A stretch of 64,000 nucleotides of DNA. Origin: an uncultured Clostridia bacterium (GTDB lineage: Bacteria; Bacillota; Clostridia; Christensenellales; UBA1242). This document shows positions 18,396 to 26,514 of the stretch, one piece after another. The stretch spans positions 3,389 through 67,388 of the forward strand of contig CAKVGZ010000002.1 of NCBI GenBank assembly GCA_934747765.1, given 5' to 3'. The notes beneath the pieces are model-generated. The model saw only the letters and a program-made list of their open reading frames with translations, was not told where the DNA came from and searched no databases. The position numbers were made by a program, and so were the translations under genes. Numbering within the stretch: position 1 is the stretch's first letter; each line of letters starts with the position of its first letter.

Positions 18396-20282
18396 CTATT
18401 TATTTTCAATTGAACTTTCAATTGCTTTCATTTGCTTGTGAATTCTTATGTGTTTGAGCACAGTTTCAATTAATTCAGGATTTGTTTCAGCTTTCTTTTC
18501 TGCATCGCGGCCAAGCAAGAATGCAGTGTGCTCAGTTATGTGAATGTCGTGGTCGTCAACTTCCAGCGGACTAACCTTCTTTCCTTCAAGGAATTTTATG
18601 TTCTCGTTGGAAGCTTTTTTCAAATGTAATTCATTTATGTCTTGCGCATTTTCCCAAACACCAAATCCCAAAAGGTCAAGGGCTTTAACTCTCATTCTGT
18701 TAGAAAGTTTTCCGTTTTCGTCGTATAAAAGCCCCGCATTCAACAAATCAAACACCATGCTACGCTTTTGAGCAACACTTTCGCCAACTTCGTTGCCTGT
18801 TTCAAAAATAATGTCATCGCTCGATATGTCTGATGCGTTGAAATAGAACACCTCAACATCTCCATTGTCACCAACAATTTTTGAAAGTCTAGGAACAGTT
18901 GCATATTGCCTATACAATCTCAAAACGTGCTTAGCCATTGTTTTAATTGCTTCGCGAATCTTTTCTGCTGTGACCGAAATTCTTGTGTCGTCTTGTTCCA
19001 CCAAAACTTGAAGTGCAACACCTGAAAGTTGTGAATAGCTTGCCACAGAATTTCTGAGTAAATCTGAAACACCACTTATGTAACTGAACTCATTCAACAA
19101 AATTGCTTCTTCTGCACTAAAATCAACTGGAACACGGTCAAAGTTCATGAATTTAGGCGGGGTTGAACCTTGTCTGTAAATCAAAACTTTGCCTGGCGAC
19201 AATCCGTCGTCTTCCAAATTGTCTGTATCAATCGAACCATCCTCAACGGTCAAAACTCCCATCGAGAGCCTGTTCATAAATTCATGCTTTCTGTTCTTCA
19301 ATGTGTTATATGAACGTTGAACAGGAATCAATCTTTCAATGATGCTTGAGCCCCAGAAACAACCAGGGTGTTCAATGCAAGTTTGTCTTATGAAAGGAAA
19401 AGATCTGTCGCCGTCGTTTCCATTTAAATATGGCAGTTCCGACAGATGCACAAGCTTGTCGCCCGCCACTATAATCAAACGTCCGTTAGGAAAATCAACT
19501 GTTGGACTTTCATATTTTTCAACAACAATTGCATAATTGTTTCTAACCCCGCTAACCACTTTTCCCGCGTTGCCAAAGTATCCGTATCCGCCAATGGCCT
19601 GAACATTGTCAAGTGAAAACACATTGATGTCTTCGCCTTTAACGTCAACACCCCAAATGGATTTTATGTCATCAACATGGTAAGCTCTTGCATGAATGAT
19701 AGACTTGCAGTCGTTTATATCGTTGCAACTTGAACTTTCAGGATAAATTTCGAATGGTGGACAAACTGTAACTTCAATTTCTCCAGTTGCAACTTTTCCT
19801 TTTTCGTTGCTCGTCAGAACGTTTCCTTTGCTGGAATTCCATGCAACTTTGTAAAAACTTGTTCCGCAAACTTCACTCCAGTTGTTTGCTTCGGAAATCA
19901 CTCCGCTCACACAGAGTTTATTGTAGATTGAATTCACAATCTTTTTCGAAACAGTTGCAGTTTTGATATCACGTTCATCACCGGATGCAGGAACAACAGT
20001 CATTGTTGGTTTAAGCGTCAAAAGTTTGGCAAGCCTTGCTTCAATAATTGGTGCAATATGGTTGTAAACTTCGCGTTCTTGCCAGAAAAACTGTTTGTCA
20101 TATTCTTCAACTTCCCCTGAAGGACCAATTGAACAATATTGATTTCCCATCAAAAAGTTCATGTTAAGTTCCCATTGTGCTTCGAAACTTTTTCTGTCTT
20201 CTTGACGTTTTTTGAAATCTTCAAGAACTTCTCTGACCAAATCCTCTTCAAAAATTTCTTCTTTTTCTAATTCTTTTTTCAT
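18396..20282 (-). CDS. phage portal protein
   Basis: 628 aa from ATG 20282 (SD TTGGAGGTAAG). The N-terminal 'RKSFEAQWELNMNFLMGNQY...REVYNHIAPIIEARLAKL...P...VVPASGDERDI' matches the common portal signature R..fE..W..N..fy.GnQw...N.i..ive. Confidence 0.7.
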   Translation of the reverse strand: MKKELEKEEIFEEDLVREVLEDFKKRQEDRKSFEAQWELNMNFLMGNQYCSIGPSGEVEEYDKQFFWQEREVYNHIAPIIEARLAKLLTLKPTMTVVPASGDERDIKTATVSKKIVNSIYNKLCVSGVISEANNWSEVCGTSFYKVAWNSSKGNVLTSNEKGKVATGEIEVTVCPPFEIYPESSSCNDINDCKSIIHARAYHVDDIKSIWGVDVKGEDINVFSLDNVQAIGGYGYFGNAGKVVSGVRNNYAIVVEKYESPTVDFPNGRLIIVAGDKLVHLSELPYLNGNDGDRSFPFIRQTCIEHPGCFWGSSIIERLIPVQRSYNTLKNRKHEFMNRLSMGVLTVEDGSIDTDNLEDDGLSPGKVLIYRQGSTPPKFMNFDRVPVDFSAEEAILLNEFSYISGVSDLLRNSVASYSQLSGVALQVLVEQDDTRISVTAEKIREAIKTMAKHVLRLYRQYATVPRLSKIVGDNGDVEVFYFNASDISSDDIIFETGNEVGESVAQKRSMVFDLLNAGLLYDENGKLSNRMRVKALDLLGFGVWENAQDINELHLKKASNENIKFLEGKKVSPLEVDDHDIHITEHTAFLLGRDAEKKAETNPELIETVLKHIRIHKQMKAIESSIENK

Positions 20283-20329
20283 CTTACCTCCAAATAATTT
20301 TTTATATAAAGCAAATGTTTTGCGATATA

Positions 20330-20617
20330 TCACTTTTTATAATTTTCAAGAATTTCCAGCAATCTAAGTTTTTCTCTCATAAGTTCTTCCTCTGTCATGT
20401 CGGAATAAACTTCGGTTTTTGTTTCCAATTTGTCCAAAAGCATTTTTACCGCACTTAAATCTGGTGAAATATGTTTTTTTGTCACTTTTCGTTTGCTGAG
20501 TTTGTAATCTCCACCTTCGTCCAAAACAAACTCTTCAACAACTTCGTTCGTATCATATCCGAACGCTTTTTTATATAATGCGTTCGTAATTTCCTTTTCC
20601 AAATTCTTTTTTCTCAT
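20330..20617 (-). CDS. terminase small-subunit-like protein (short, 95 aa)
   Basis: 'ALYKKAFGYDTNEVVEEFVLDE.G.YKLSKRKVTKKHISPDLSAVKMLL' resembles the '..LYKRA.GYEYEE...(x)..K..PPD..A..WL' block I associate with Firmicute phage TerS proteins. First gene of the structural operon. Start taken at ATG 20617. Confidence 0.4.
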   Translation of the reverse strand: MRKKNLEKEITNALYKKAFGYDTNEVVEEFVLDEGGDYKLSKRKVTKKHISPDLSAVKMLLDKLETKTEVYSDMTEEELMREKLRLLEILENYKK

Positions 20618-20623
20618 AAAAAA

Positions 20624-20680
20624 ACACCACACAATTTGAATTTTGTTCAAATTATATGGTGTCTGATGGTTGAAAGTAAA
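20624..20680 (-). promoter_or_regulatory. putative promoter of the structural operon overlapped by an imperfect palindrome (operator candidate)
   Basis: TTTACT (20675-20680), 18 nt spacer, TATAAT (20651-20656) on the minus strand. Inner inverted repeat AATTTGAA/TTCAAATT (20633-20640 and 20646-20653); outer inverted repeat ACACCA/TGGTGT (20624-20629 and 20657-20662). Confidence 0.4.
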
Positions 20681-20693
20681 ATATGTCTGCCAA

Positions 20694-21245
20694 CTAAATA
20701 TCTTTTTTGTCAAAAAGGTCCGAAATCATCAAAGCCTTAATAACAGGAGGAAGTTCGTTGATTTCCTCTGCTAGTGATGTTTTTTTTGTTAAAGAAGTTC
20801 GCTTGAGTTCTTCCAAGAAATCTTTAATCTCTTCATCATCGCCGTCAACACTTCCATCCGAAATGAAATCGAAAGACGGTTTATCAACAATTCTTGGCGA
20901 CCTTCTAGGAATGTATTCGCTTCCAAACAGGTCGTCAAAATCCTGATTTATCGTCAAATCGCTGTCATCACTTTCTTCAAAGTAGTTTTTAGGTTTTTCT
21001 TCAAACAACTCTTTTATTTCAAGATTTTCCTCGTTAACTTTTGTGTCCGGATCTTCTTTGCTTTCAAATAGCCCGCCTGGATTTGTTATCACAGTTGGAT
21101 TGTTTGATTCAATTTTCTTGGTTTTCTTATGCTTTTCTTTCTTTTCTTTTTTTGGTCTTGATGCCAGTTTTTTAAATAAAGGAAAAAGATAATAAATTGT
21201 TATGCCAACAACCAAAACCCCAAGTCCAACAAAAAGCCAAACCAT
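20694..21245 (-). CDS. hypothetical membrane-anchored acidic protein (183 aa), last gene of the nfeD-floA operon
   Basis: N-terminal TM segment, a K-rich linker and a D/E-rich body. SD GAAGGAGGGG. Confidence 0.6.
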   Translation of the reverse strand: MVWLFVGLGVLVVGITIYYLFPLFKKLASRPKKEKKEKHKKTKKIESNNPTVITNPGGLFESKEDPDTKVNEENLEIKELFEEKPKNYFEESDDSDLTINQDFDDLFGSEYIPRRSPRIVDKPSFDFISDGSVDGDDEEIKDFLEELKRTSLTKKTSLAEEINELPPVIKALMISDLFDKKDI

Positions 21246-21261
21246 ATCTTTCCCCTCCTTC

Positions 21262-21290
21262 TAAAAATTAAAGTGGTCATCTGACCACTT
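21262..21290 (-). terminator. terminator-like hairpin after floA
   Basis: Stem AAGTGGTC/GACCACTT with a tetraloop, followed on the minus strand by TTAATTTTT. The U-tract is weak, so termination may be partial. Confidence 0.4.
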
Positions 21291-21300
21291 CTAATTAACT

Positions 21301-22305
21301 TTATACGCCAGGTTTTTTCTTGTCTACCCCAGCAATTGAATTTCTCATTGCAGTGTCAGAATTCAAATTTTGAATTTTGTAATAATCCATAACTCCAAGT
21401 TTTCCGCTTTTGATGGCGTCAGCCATAGCTTTTGGAACTTCTGCTTCGGCTGCAAGCACCATTGCTTTCATTTCTTGAGTTTTTGCTTTCATTTCTTGTT
21501 CAATAGCATTTGCCATTGCTTTTCTTTCTTCTGCCTTTGATTGAGCGATGGCCTTTTGAGCTTCCGCCTTGTCGATGTCAAGTTTAGCCCCAATGTTTTG
21601 TCCAACATCAATGTCGGCCATTTCAATTGACAAGATTTCGTAGGCAGTTGAAACGTCCAAACCTTTGTTCAAAACTGTTTTAGAAATCAAATCTGGATTT
21701 TCCAAAACTTCGGTGTGAGTAAGCGCAGAACCAACGGTTGTGACAATTCCTTCGCCAACACGAGCCAAAATTGTTTCTTCACCAGCTCCTCTAACAAGAC
21801 GAGGAAGGTTCGATCTCAATGTCACTTTAGCTTTAACTCTAAGTTCAATTCCGTCTTTCGCAATAGCCGAAATCCAATCAGTTTGAATAACGATAGGTGT
21901 AACACACATTTTAACCGCTTTTGCAACATCACGACCAGCAAGGTCAATTGCTTTTGCTTGGTCAACTGAAAGAGGAAGTTTGGCACTGTGAGCCGAAATT
22001 AAAGCAACAATAACTTTTTCAATGTCACCGCCTGCCATGTAGTGTGTTTCAAGGTCAACAATGTCAATGTCAATTCCCGCTTTTTTTGCTTGGATGTAGG
22101 CAGAAACAATTGGAGCAACTTTAACACGTCTTAATCTCATTCCAATCAAACGCCCCATCGAAACGTGTGCTCCCGAAACAAGAGCAACAAACCATTGTTT
22201 TATAGGGACCAAACTTAAGATAACAATTGCAACAACAGCCAAAACACTGAGCACAGCAATCAAAACAATCATTCCTGCAGAAAGTCCTAAGAAACTCATA
22301 TTCAT
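21301..22305 (-). CDS. floA: flotillin-like protein FloA (UPF0365/YqfA family)
   Basis: '[28 protein letters not shown]...[13 protein letters not shown]...[11 protein letters not shown]' is full-length FloA-like. Start at ATG 22305, after SD GGTGGAGG. Confidence 0.9.
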   Translation of the reverse strand: MNMSFLGLSAGMIVLIAVLSVLAVVAIVILSLVPIKQWFVALVSGAHVSMGRLIGMRLRRVKVAPIVSAYIQAKKAGIDIDIVDLETHYMAGGDIEKVIVALISAHSAKLPLSVDQAKAIDLAGRDVAKAVKMCVTPIVIQTDWISAIAKDGIELRVKAKVTLRSNLPRLVRGAGEETILARVGEGIVTTVGSALTHTEVLENPDLISKTVLNKGLDVSTAYEILSIEMADIDVGQNIGAKLDIDKAEAQKAIAQSKAEERKAMANAIEQEMKAKTQEMKAMVLAAEAEVPKAMADAIKSGKLGVMDYYKIQNLNSDTAMRNSIAGVDKKKPGV

Positions 22306-22306
22306 A

Positions 22307-22831
22307 TTATACCTCCACCTTTTCAATAATAATTTGATTTCCTTCAACGTCAATAACTTTTATAACGTTGTTTTTGTCAAGAGATTCGCCGTTTGTTATT
22401 CCGTCATAAATTTTGTCGTCAATCATAAATCTTCCCGAGGGAGTGAAATCGGTAACTGCAACACCTCTTTGACCAATCAAAACTTTGTATTTGTTTTTTT
22501 CTTTGTCGGCAAAATCCTTTGGAACAGCAGTTCGCTTTTCAACAAATGGCGTTTTGCTTATGAGCCCAAATCGTGCTGAGCGGATGAACACTAAAAATAG
22601 TATAAGTATTACAACAAAGAATAATACAACTAAGAATAATGAACTAGCAACAGACTTGGTCAAAATTCCGTTTGCAATAATTCCTCCCGCAATAGCAAGA
22701 AGCCCCGTTATTCCAAAAAATCCAAATCCGGGCACTAAACATTCAATAAATAAGAACACAACGCCAACAATAAGTGGAACATATATGTACCACTGCATCG
22801 TAACGAAAGCGTTCGCTATTTCTTGCCACAT
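22307..22831 (-). CDS. NfeD-family membrane protein
   Basis: Multi-TM N-terminus plus a C-terminal OB-like segment '[26 protein letters not shown]'. Paired with floA, as in yqeZ-yqfA. Confidence 0.85.
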   Translation of the reverse strand: MWQEIANAFVTMQWYIYVPLIVGVVFLFIECLVPGFGFFGITGLLAIAGGIIANGILTKSVASSLFLVVLFFVVILILFLVFIRSARFGLISKTPFVEKRTAVPKDFADKEKNKYKVLIGQRGVAVTDFTPSGRFMIDDKIYDGITNGESLDKNNVIKVIDVEGNQIIIEKVEV

Positions 22832-22906
22832 ACTTTCCCCCTCCTACTTCGTTTTTATTATAACATATATGTTTTTAAAATGGAATAGTTTTTTTAAGAT
22901 ATTTAT

Positions 22907-22982
22907 AAAAAAAAGGAGAAGAGAGTAAAAAATTATAAAACACTCTCTTCATATGGAAACAAATTATTGGGGGTTGCTTCCG
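22907..22982 (-). ncRNA. candidate small RNA or leader (~75 nt) between ogg and nfeD
   Basis: Minus-strand promoter TTGACA (23012-23017), 17 nt spacer, TAGTAT (22989-22994). It is followed about 35 nt later by a 9-bp hairpin GAAGAGAGT/ACTCTCTTC (22918-22950) and a U8 run. The unpaired 5' part contains CCCCC. Confidence 0.35.
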
Positions 22983-23051
22983 AGGAATATACTATCACAA
23001 ATCAAGTTAACTGTCAATATTAAAAACTTTTTTTGTGCAAATTAACCATAT

Positions 23052-23948
23052 TTATTTTTGTTCGCGCTTGAAATAAAACAAATATTGTTGGATGTATCCC
23101 GAAAGATTTCCAAATTTTTTAACTAACTTCTTTGAAATTTTCTCTCTCGAGATTTTATCACAATCGGTCATTTCAAAATATATTTTTTCAATCCAGGTGT
23201 CAACAGGAAAAACGTCAAGCCGATTAAGAGAAAATAATAAAACACATTCTCCAACTTTTCGCCCAACACCTTTGTAATTTGTTAAGTTTTTCAGCAACTC
23301 TTCTGTGCTATATTCATCTTTCAAAACACTTTCAAATTTGTTGATGGTGCTAACTAAGTATGGTGCGCGATAACCAGCACCAATTTTTTTGAAATATGAT
23401 TCCTCCAACTTTTGTAGGTCGTTTTGCGTTGGAAAACTGTAAAACTTTTCTTTCTTCAATATATCACAGATTTCACTGACTTCACTTTTAGCTGGTACAA
23501 TCTCTTTTCCATTCTCTCGCCTAAGAGTTTCAAGTGAGTTGGTGAATCTTTTGATGTTGTTGTTCGCGGAAAAGATAAATGATATTAAAGTTTCGAAAAC
23601 CTCTTGCTTTAAAATTCTGATTCCATTCCCAAAAGTAAGCGCTTTTTTAACAATATTTTTGTTGAACCCCTCAAAATCCATTTGCAAAATGTCATTTTGA
23701 ATTTTTTTATAATCTGTTTCAAGGTCAAAAAATTTAACAAAAAATTCAACATCCCCACTTAAAATTTCAATAACGTACTTCCCGTTTTCAAAATAAAGAA
23801 CCGCAAGTTTATCGCCAGGATATACAAAATAAAATTGACCAATTTTTCTATACGAGAAAATTTGCCCACATTCCAAAATCTCTTGTGGCGAAAATTCCTT
23901 GCACTCAACAATAATTTTGTTTTTACAAACTGAATAATTCATGAACAC
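23052..23948 (-). CDS. ogg: 8-oxoguanine DNA glycosylase/AP lyase (OGG1-type, HhH-GPD)
   Basis: 'LTNYKGVGRKVGECVLLFSLNRLDVFPVDTWI' is an HhH-GPD motif with the catalytic K and D. The true start is probably ATG 23942, 6 nt after TATAAT (leaderless). Confidence 0.8.
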   Translation of the reverse strand: MFMNYSVCKNKIIVECKEFSPQEILECGQIFSYRKIGQFYFVYPGDKLAVLYFENGKYVIEILSGDVEFFVKFFDLETDYKKIQNDILQMDFEGFNKNIVKKALTFGNGIRILKQEVFETLISFIFSANNNIKRFTNSLETLRRENGKEIVPAKSEVSEICDILKKEKFYSFPTQNDLQKLEESYFKKIGAGYRAPYLVSTINKFESVLKDEYSTEELLKNLTNYKGVGRKVGECVLLFSLNRLDVFPVDTWIEKIYFEMTDCDKISREKISKKLVKKFGNLSGYIQQYLFYFKREQK

Positions 23949-23958
23949 ATTATAACAT

Positions 23959-23986
23959 AAAAAAAACGGAATTAAATCCGTTTTTT
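23959..23986 (-). terminator. intrinsic terminator after rpmA
   Basis: ACGGA-loop-TCCGT stem followed by U8 on the minus strand. Confidence 0.75.
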
Positions 23987-23987
23987 A

Positions 23988-24263
23988 TTATTCTTCGATT
24001 ATGCTAACCAATTTTTTGCTTCCACTCTTAGAAAATTTAACTTTCCCGTCTTTAAGAGCAAAAAGTGTGTAATCTTTTCCTAAACCAACATTGTTACCAG
24101 GATAAACCTTTGTTCCACGTTGACGAATAATGATTGACCCAGCAAGAACAAATTGTCCGTCAGAAGCTTTAACTCCAAGACGTTTTGAGTTACTGTCTCT
24201 TCCGTTCTTAGTTGAACCGCCACCTTTTTTATGAGCAAAAAGTTGAATATTAATAAATTTCAT
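23988..24263 (-). CDS. rpmA: 50S ribosomal protein L27 with cleavable N-terminal extension
   Basis: '[24 protein letters not shown]...' has the Firmicute propeptide upstream of the conserved AHKK. Confidence 0.95.
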   Translation of the reverse strand: MKFINIQLFAHKKGGGSTKNGRDSNSKRLGVKASDGQFVLAGSIIIRQRGTKVYPGNNVGLGKDYTLFALKDGKVKFSKSGSKKLVSIIEE

Positions 24264-24591
24264 CTTTTACCTCCAATTTAACATACTTTTTAAATTGCTT
24301 TTCAATGTCGCAAATTGTGCGTCTGAAAGTTTCAAAAAAAACTTGCGCCTTTTCAATTTCAGATTCTTCAATAGACTTTGAAAGCATAAACTTTAATACT
24401 GCTTTTTTTTCATCAATTCTTAAATCAGATTTTATGTTCAAAACTTCTTTAATTCCAACAACTGTTTGTTGCGAAGAAGTGGAAACTGCAGAGCAAACAA
24501 TGTCCCGACCAAAATCGTCATAACCACTGTGCCCAGAGACCTCAAATCCGATTATAAAATTTTTGAATTTATATAATGTAATTTTTGTCAT
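24250..24591 (-). CDS. prp: ribosomal-processing cysteine protease Prp (YsxB family)
   Basis: 113 aa between rplU and rpmA. Contains '[18 protein letters not shown]', with the catalytic H and C. Confidence 0.85.
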   Translation of the reverse strand: MTKITLYKFKNFIIGFEVSGHSGYDDFGRDIVCSAVSTSSQQTVVGIKEVLNIKSDLRIDEKKAVLKFMLSKSIEESEIEKAQVFFETFRRTICDIEKQFKKYVKLEVKDEIY

Positions 24592-24896
24592 TATTTTATA
24601 GCCAATATTTTCAATTTTGTATAAGGTTGTCTGTGACCTTGTTTTTTACGTTCGTTTTTCTTAGCTTTATATTTGAAAACAAGAATCTTGTCACCTTTTC
24701 CGTGTTCAACAACTTCTGCTTCGCAAACAGCATCGCTCAAGATAGGGTTGCCAGCTTTAACGTTTTCATTGTCAGAAATCATCAAAACATCAAGTTTAAT
24801 TTTGTCCCCAACGTTGCGTTCAATTTTTTCAACAGAAATTTCTTGTCCAACAACAACTTTGTATTGTTTTCCGCCAGTTTGAACAATTGCAAACAT
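24591..24896 (-). CDS. rplU: 50S ribosomal protein L21
   Basis: 'MFAIVQTGGKQYKV...GDKILVFKYKAKKNERKKQGHRQPYTKL'. Confidence 0.95.
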   Translation of the reverse strand: MFAIVQTGGKQYKVVVGQEISVEKIERNVGDKIKLDVLMISDNENVKAGNPILSDAVCEAEVVEHGKGDKILVFKYKAKKNERKKQGHRQPYTKLKILAIK

Positions 24897-24979
24897 AATT
24901 TACCTCCTCTAACCAAACTCGCTTTTGTGGTGGCGCCAAAGCGCGAACTTAAAACAAAAAACCACTTCAATGCGGCACT
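24897..24979 (-). promoter_or_regulatory. probable L21 leader (ribosomal-protein leader upstream of rplU)
   Basis: Promoter TTGACA (25009-25014), 17 nt spacer, TGC-TAAATT (24986-24991). It is followed by an ~83-nt leader that folds: GUGG...CCAC enclosing a GCGC-UUUG-GCGC hairpin. Firmicutes are known to carry an L21 leader at this position. Confidence 0.45.
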
Positions 24980-25039
24980 GGGAATAATTTAGCACAAAAC
25001 AGAGTTTTTGTCAACAAATTTGGAATAAAAAAAGACCGA

Positions 25040-25237
25040 TTATTCAGCCTTTTTTTCTTTTTTATCTTCAATAACTTTTTTGCCATCATAACTTCCGCAT
25101 TTTTTGCAAACCTTGTGTGGAACTTTAAGTTCGTGGCAAGTTGGACATTCAACTAATGTTGGAGCAACAACTTTGAAGTTTGATGAATTTCTCGAATTTC
25201 TTCTAGCTTTTGAAACTTTACGCTTTGGAACTGCCAT
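25040..25237 (-). CDS. rpmF: 50S ribosomal protein L32
   Basis: 'MAVPKRKVSKARRNSR...CPTCHELKVPHKVCKKCG'. Confidence 0.93.
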   Translation of the reverse strand: MAVPKRKVSKARRNSRNSSNFKVVAPTLVECPTCHELKVPHKVCKKCGSYDGKKVIEDKKEKKAE

Positions 25238-25317
25238 TTTTCTTCCTCCTAATTTTTTCTTAATCTTGCTATGCTATTATAGCATAAAAAGCCTTTTTGT
25301 CAACTTATTTTTCAAAA

Positions 25318-26514
25318 TTATGAAATTAAATTGACAGTATCTCTTGCAATAACAAGTTCTTCGTTTGTTGGTATTCTGTAAACCTTAACTTTTGATGTTG
25401 GCTTTGAAAGTTCTTCAATAGTTCCTCTAGGAATTGTAAGGTTCTTTTCCTTGTCGAACTCAATTCCAAGATATTCCATGTTCTCCATGCAAAGTTCTCT
25501 CAAATCTTCTTGATTTTCACCAATTCCGCCAGTGAACACAATTGCATCAACACCGTTTAAAAGCGCTGCATATCCACCAATGTATTTTTTAATTCTGTGT
25601 GCCATCATTGGAACAACAAGTTTGGCTCTTTCGTTGCCGTTCTTCCCAGCCTCGTTCAAATCTCTCATGTCGCTTGAAACACCAGAAATTCCAAGAGCGC
25701 CACATTTTTTGTTGAAATAGTTGGCAATTTCTTCACCTTTCAAATTTTCTTTTTCAGAAATGAAAGAAACAACTGATGCATCAACGTCGCCACTTCTTGT
25801 GCCCATGATAAGACCTTCAAGAGGTGTGAACCCCATTGATGTGTCAATGCTGTGCCCGTCTTTGACCGCTGCCACACTTGAACCGTTGCCCAAATGAACA
25901 GTTATAATTTTCAAATCTTCAACAGGTCTGTTCATAATTCTAGCAACTTCGTTTGAAACAAATTTGTGACTTGTTCCATGGAATCCATATCTTCTAACTT
26001 TCCAATCAGTGTATGCTTCGTAAGGAATTGCGTAAAGGAACGCTTCTTTTGGCATTTGTGCATGGAATGCTGTGTCAAAAACAGCAACTTGAGGAGCATC
26101 TGGAAGCACCTCTTTGCAAGCCAAAATTCCTTGGATGTTTGCAGGCATGTGAAGTGGGCCGAGAGGTTTCAAATCTTCAAGATTTTTCATAACTGCGTCT
26201 GTCACAACAACTGAATCTTTGTAAATTTCTCCACCGTGCAAAACTCTGTGGCCAACAGCAGAAATTTCGTTAAGACTTGAAATGACGCCATAATCTTTGC
26301 TTGTTAAGAGCCTTAAAACTTGCTCTATTGCTTGGTTGTGGTTGTCCAATTGTTCTTCAATTTTTACTGATTGATTTGCGAATTTGTGTTCAGTGAAAGA
26401 ACCTGGAATTCCAATTTTTTGACAGTTCCCTTTTGCCAAAACATATTCGTTGTCCATGTCAAAAAGTTGATATTTGAGTGAACTGCTTCCTGCGTTAATA
26501 ACTAAAACTTTCAT
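25318..26514 (-). CDS. ackA: acetate kinase
   Basis: 'MKVLVINAGSSSLKYQLF', 'HRVLHGG' and 'GFHGTSH'; 398 aa. Confidence 0.96.
   Translation of the reverse strand: MKVLVINAGSSSLKYQLFDMDNEYVLAKGNCQKIGIPGSFTEHKFANQSVKIEEQLDNHNQAIEQVLRLLTSKDYGVISSLNEISAVGHRVLHGGEIYKDSVVVTDAVMKNLEDLKPLGPLHMPANIQGILACKEVLPDAPQVAVFDTAFHAQMPKEAFLYAIPYEAYTDWKVRRYGFHGTSHKFVSNEVARIMNRPVEDLKIITVHLGNGSSVAAVKDGHSIDTSMGFTPLEGLIMGTRSGDVDASVVSFISEKENLKGEEIANYFNKKCGALGISGVSSDMRDLNEAGKNGNERAKLVVPMMAHRIKKYIGGYAALLNGVDAIVFTGGIGENQEDLRELCMENMEYLGIEFDKEKNLTIPRGTIEELSKPTSKVKVYRIPTNEELVIARDTVNLIS

Larger units (their letters stand above)
7839..20680. mobile_element. phage-derived element: a regulatory/accessory arm plus a podovirus-like head-tail-holin block; could be a cryptic prophage, a satellite or a domesticated particle
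   Basis: Contiguous phage-type genes (XRE, RadC-like, TerS-like, portal, scaffold, capsid, holins) inserted between the housekeeping genes ruvC and nfeD-floA. No integrase or att repeats were found, so the limits are set only by the flanking core genes. Confidence 0.6.

Noticed and set aside
22907-22982. Naming the candidate sRNA as an RsaE/RoxS homolog because of the C-rich motif followed by UUUGUUU.
   Set aside because: There is only one C-run, the length and context differ, and I cannot run a covariance model. The resemblance is too weak for a family assignment.
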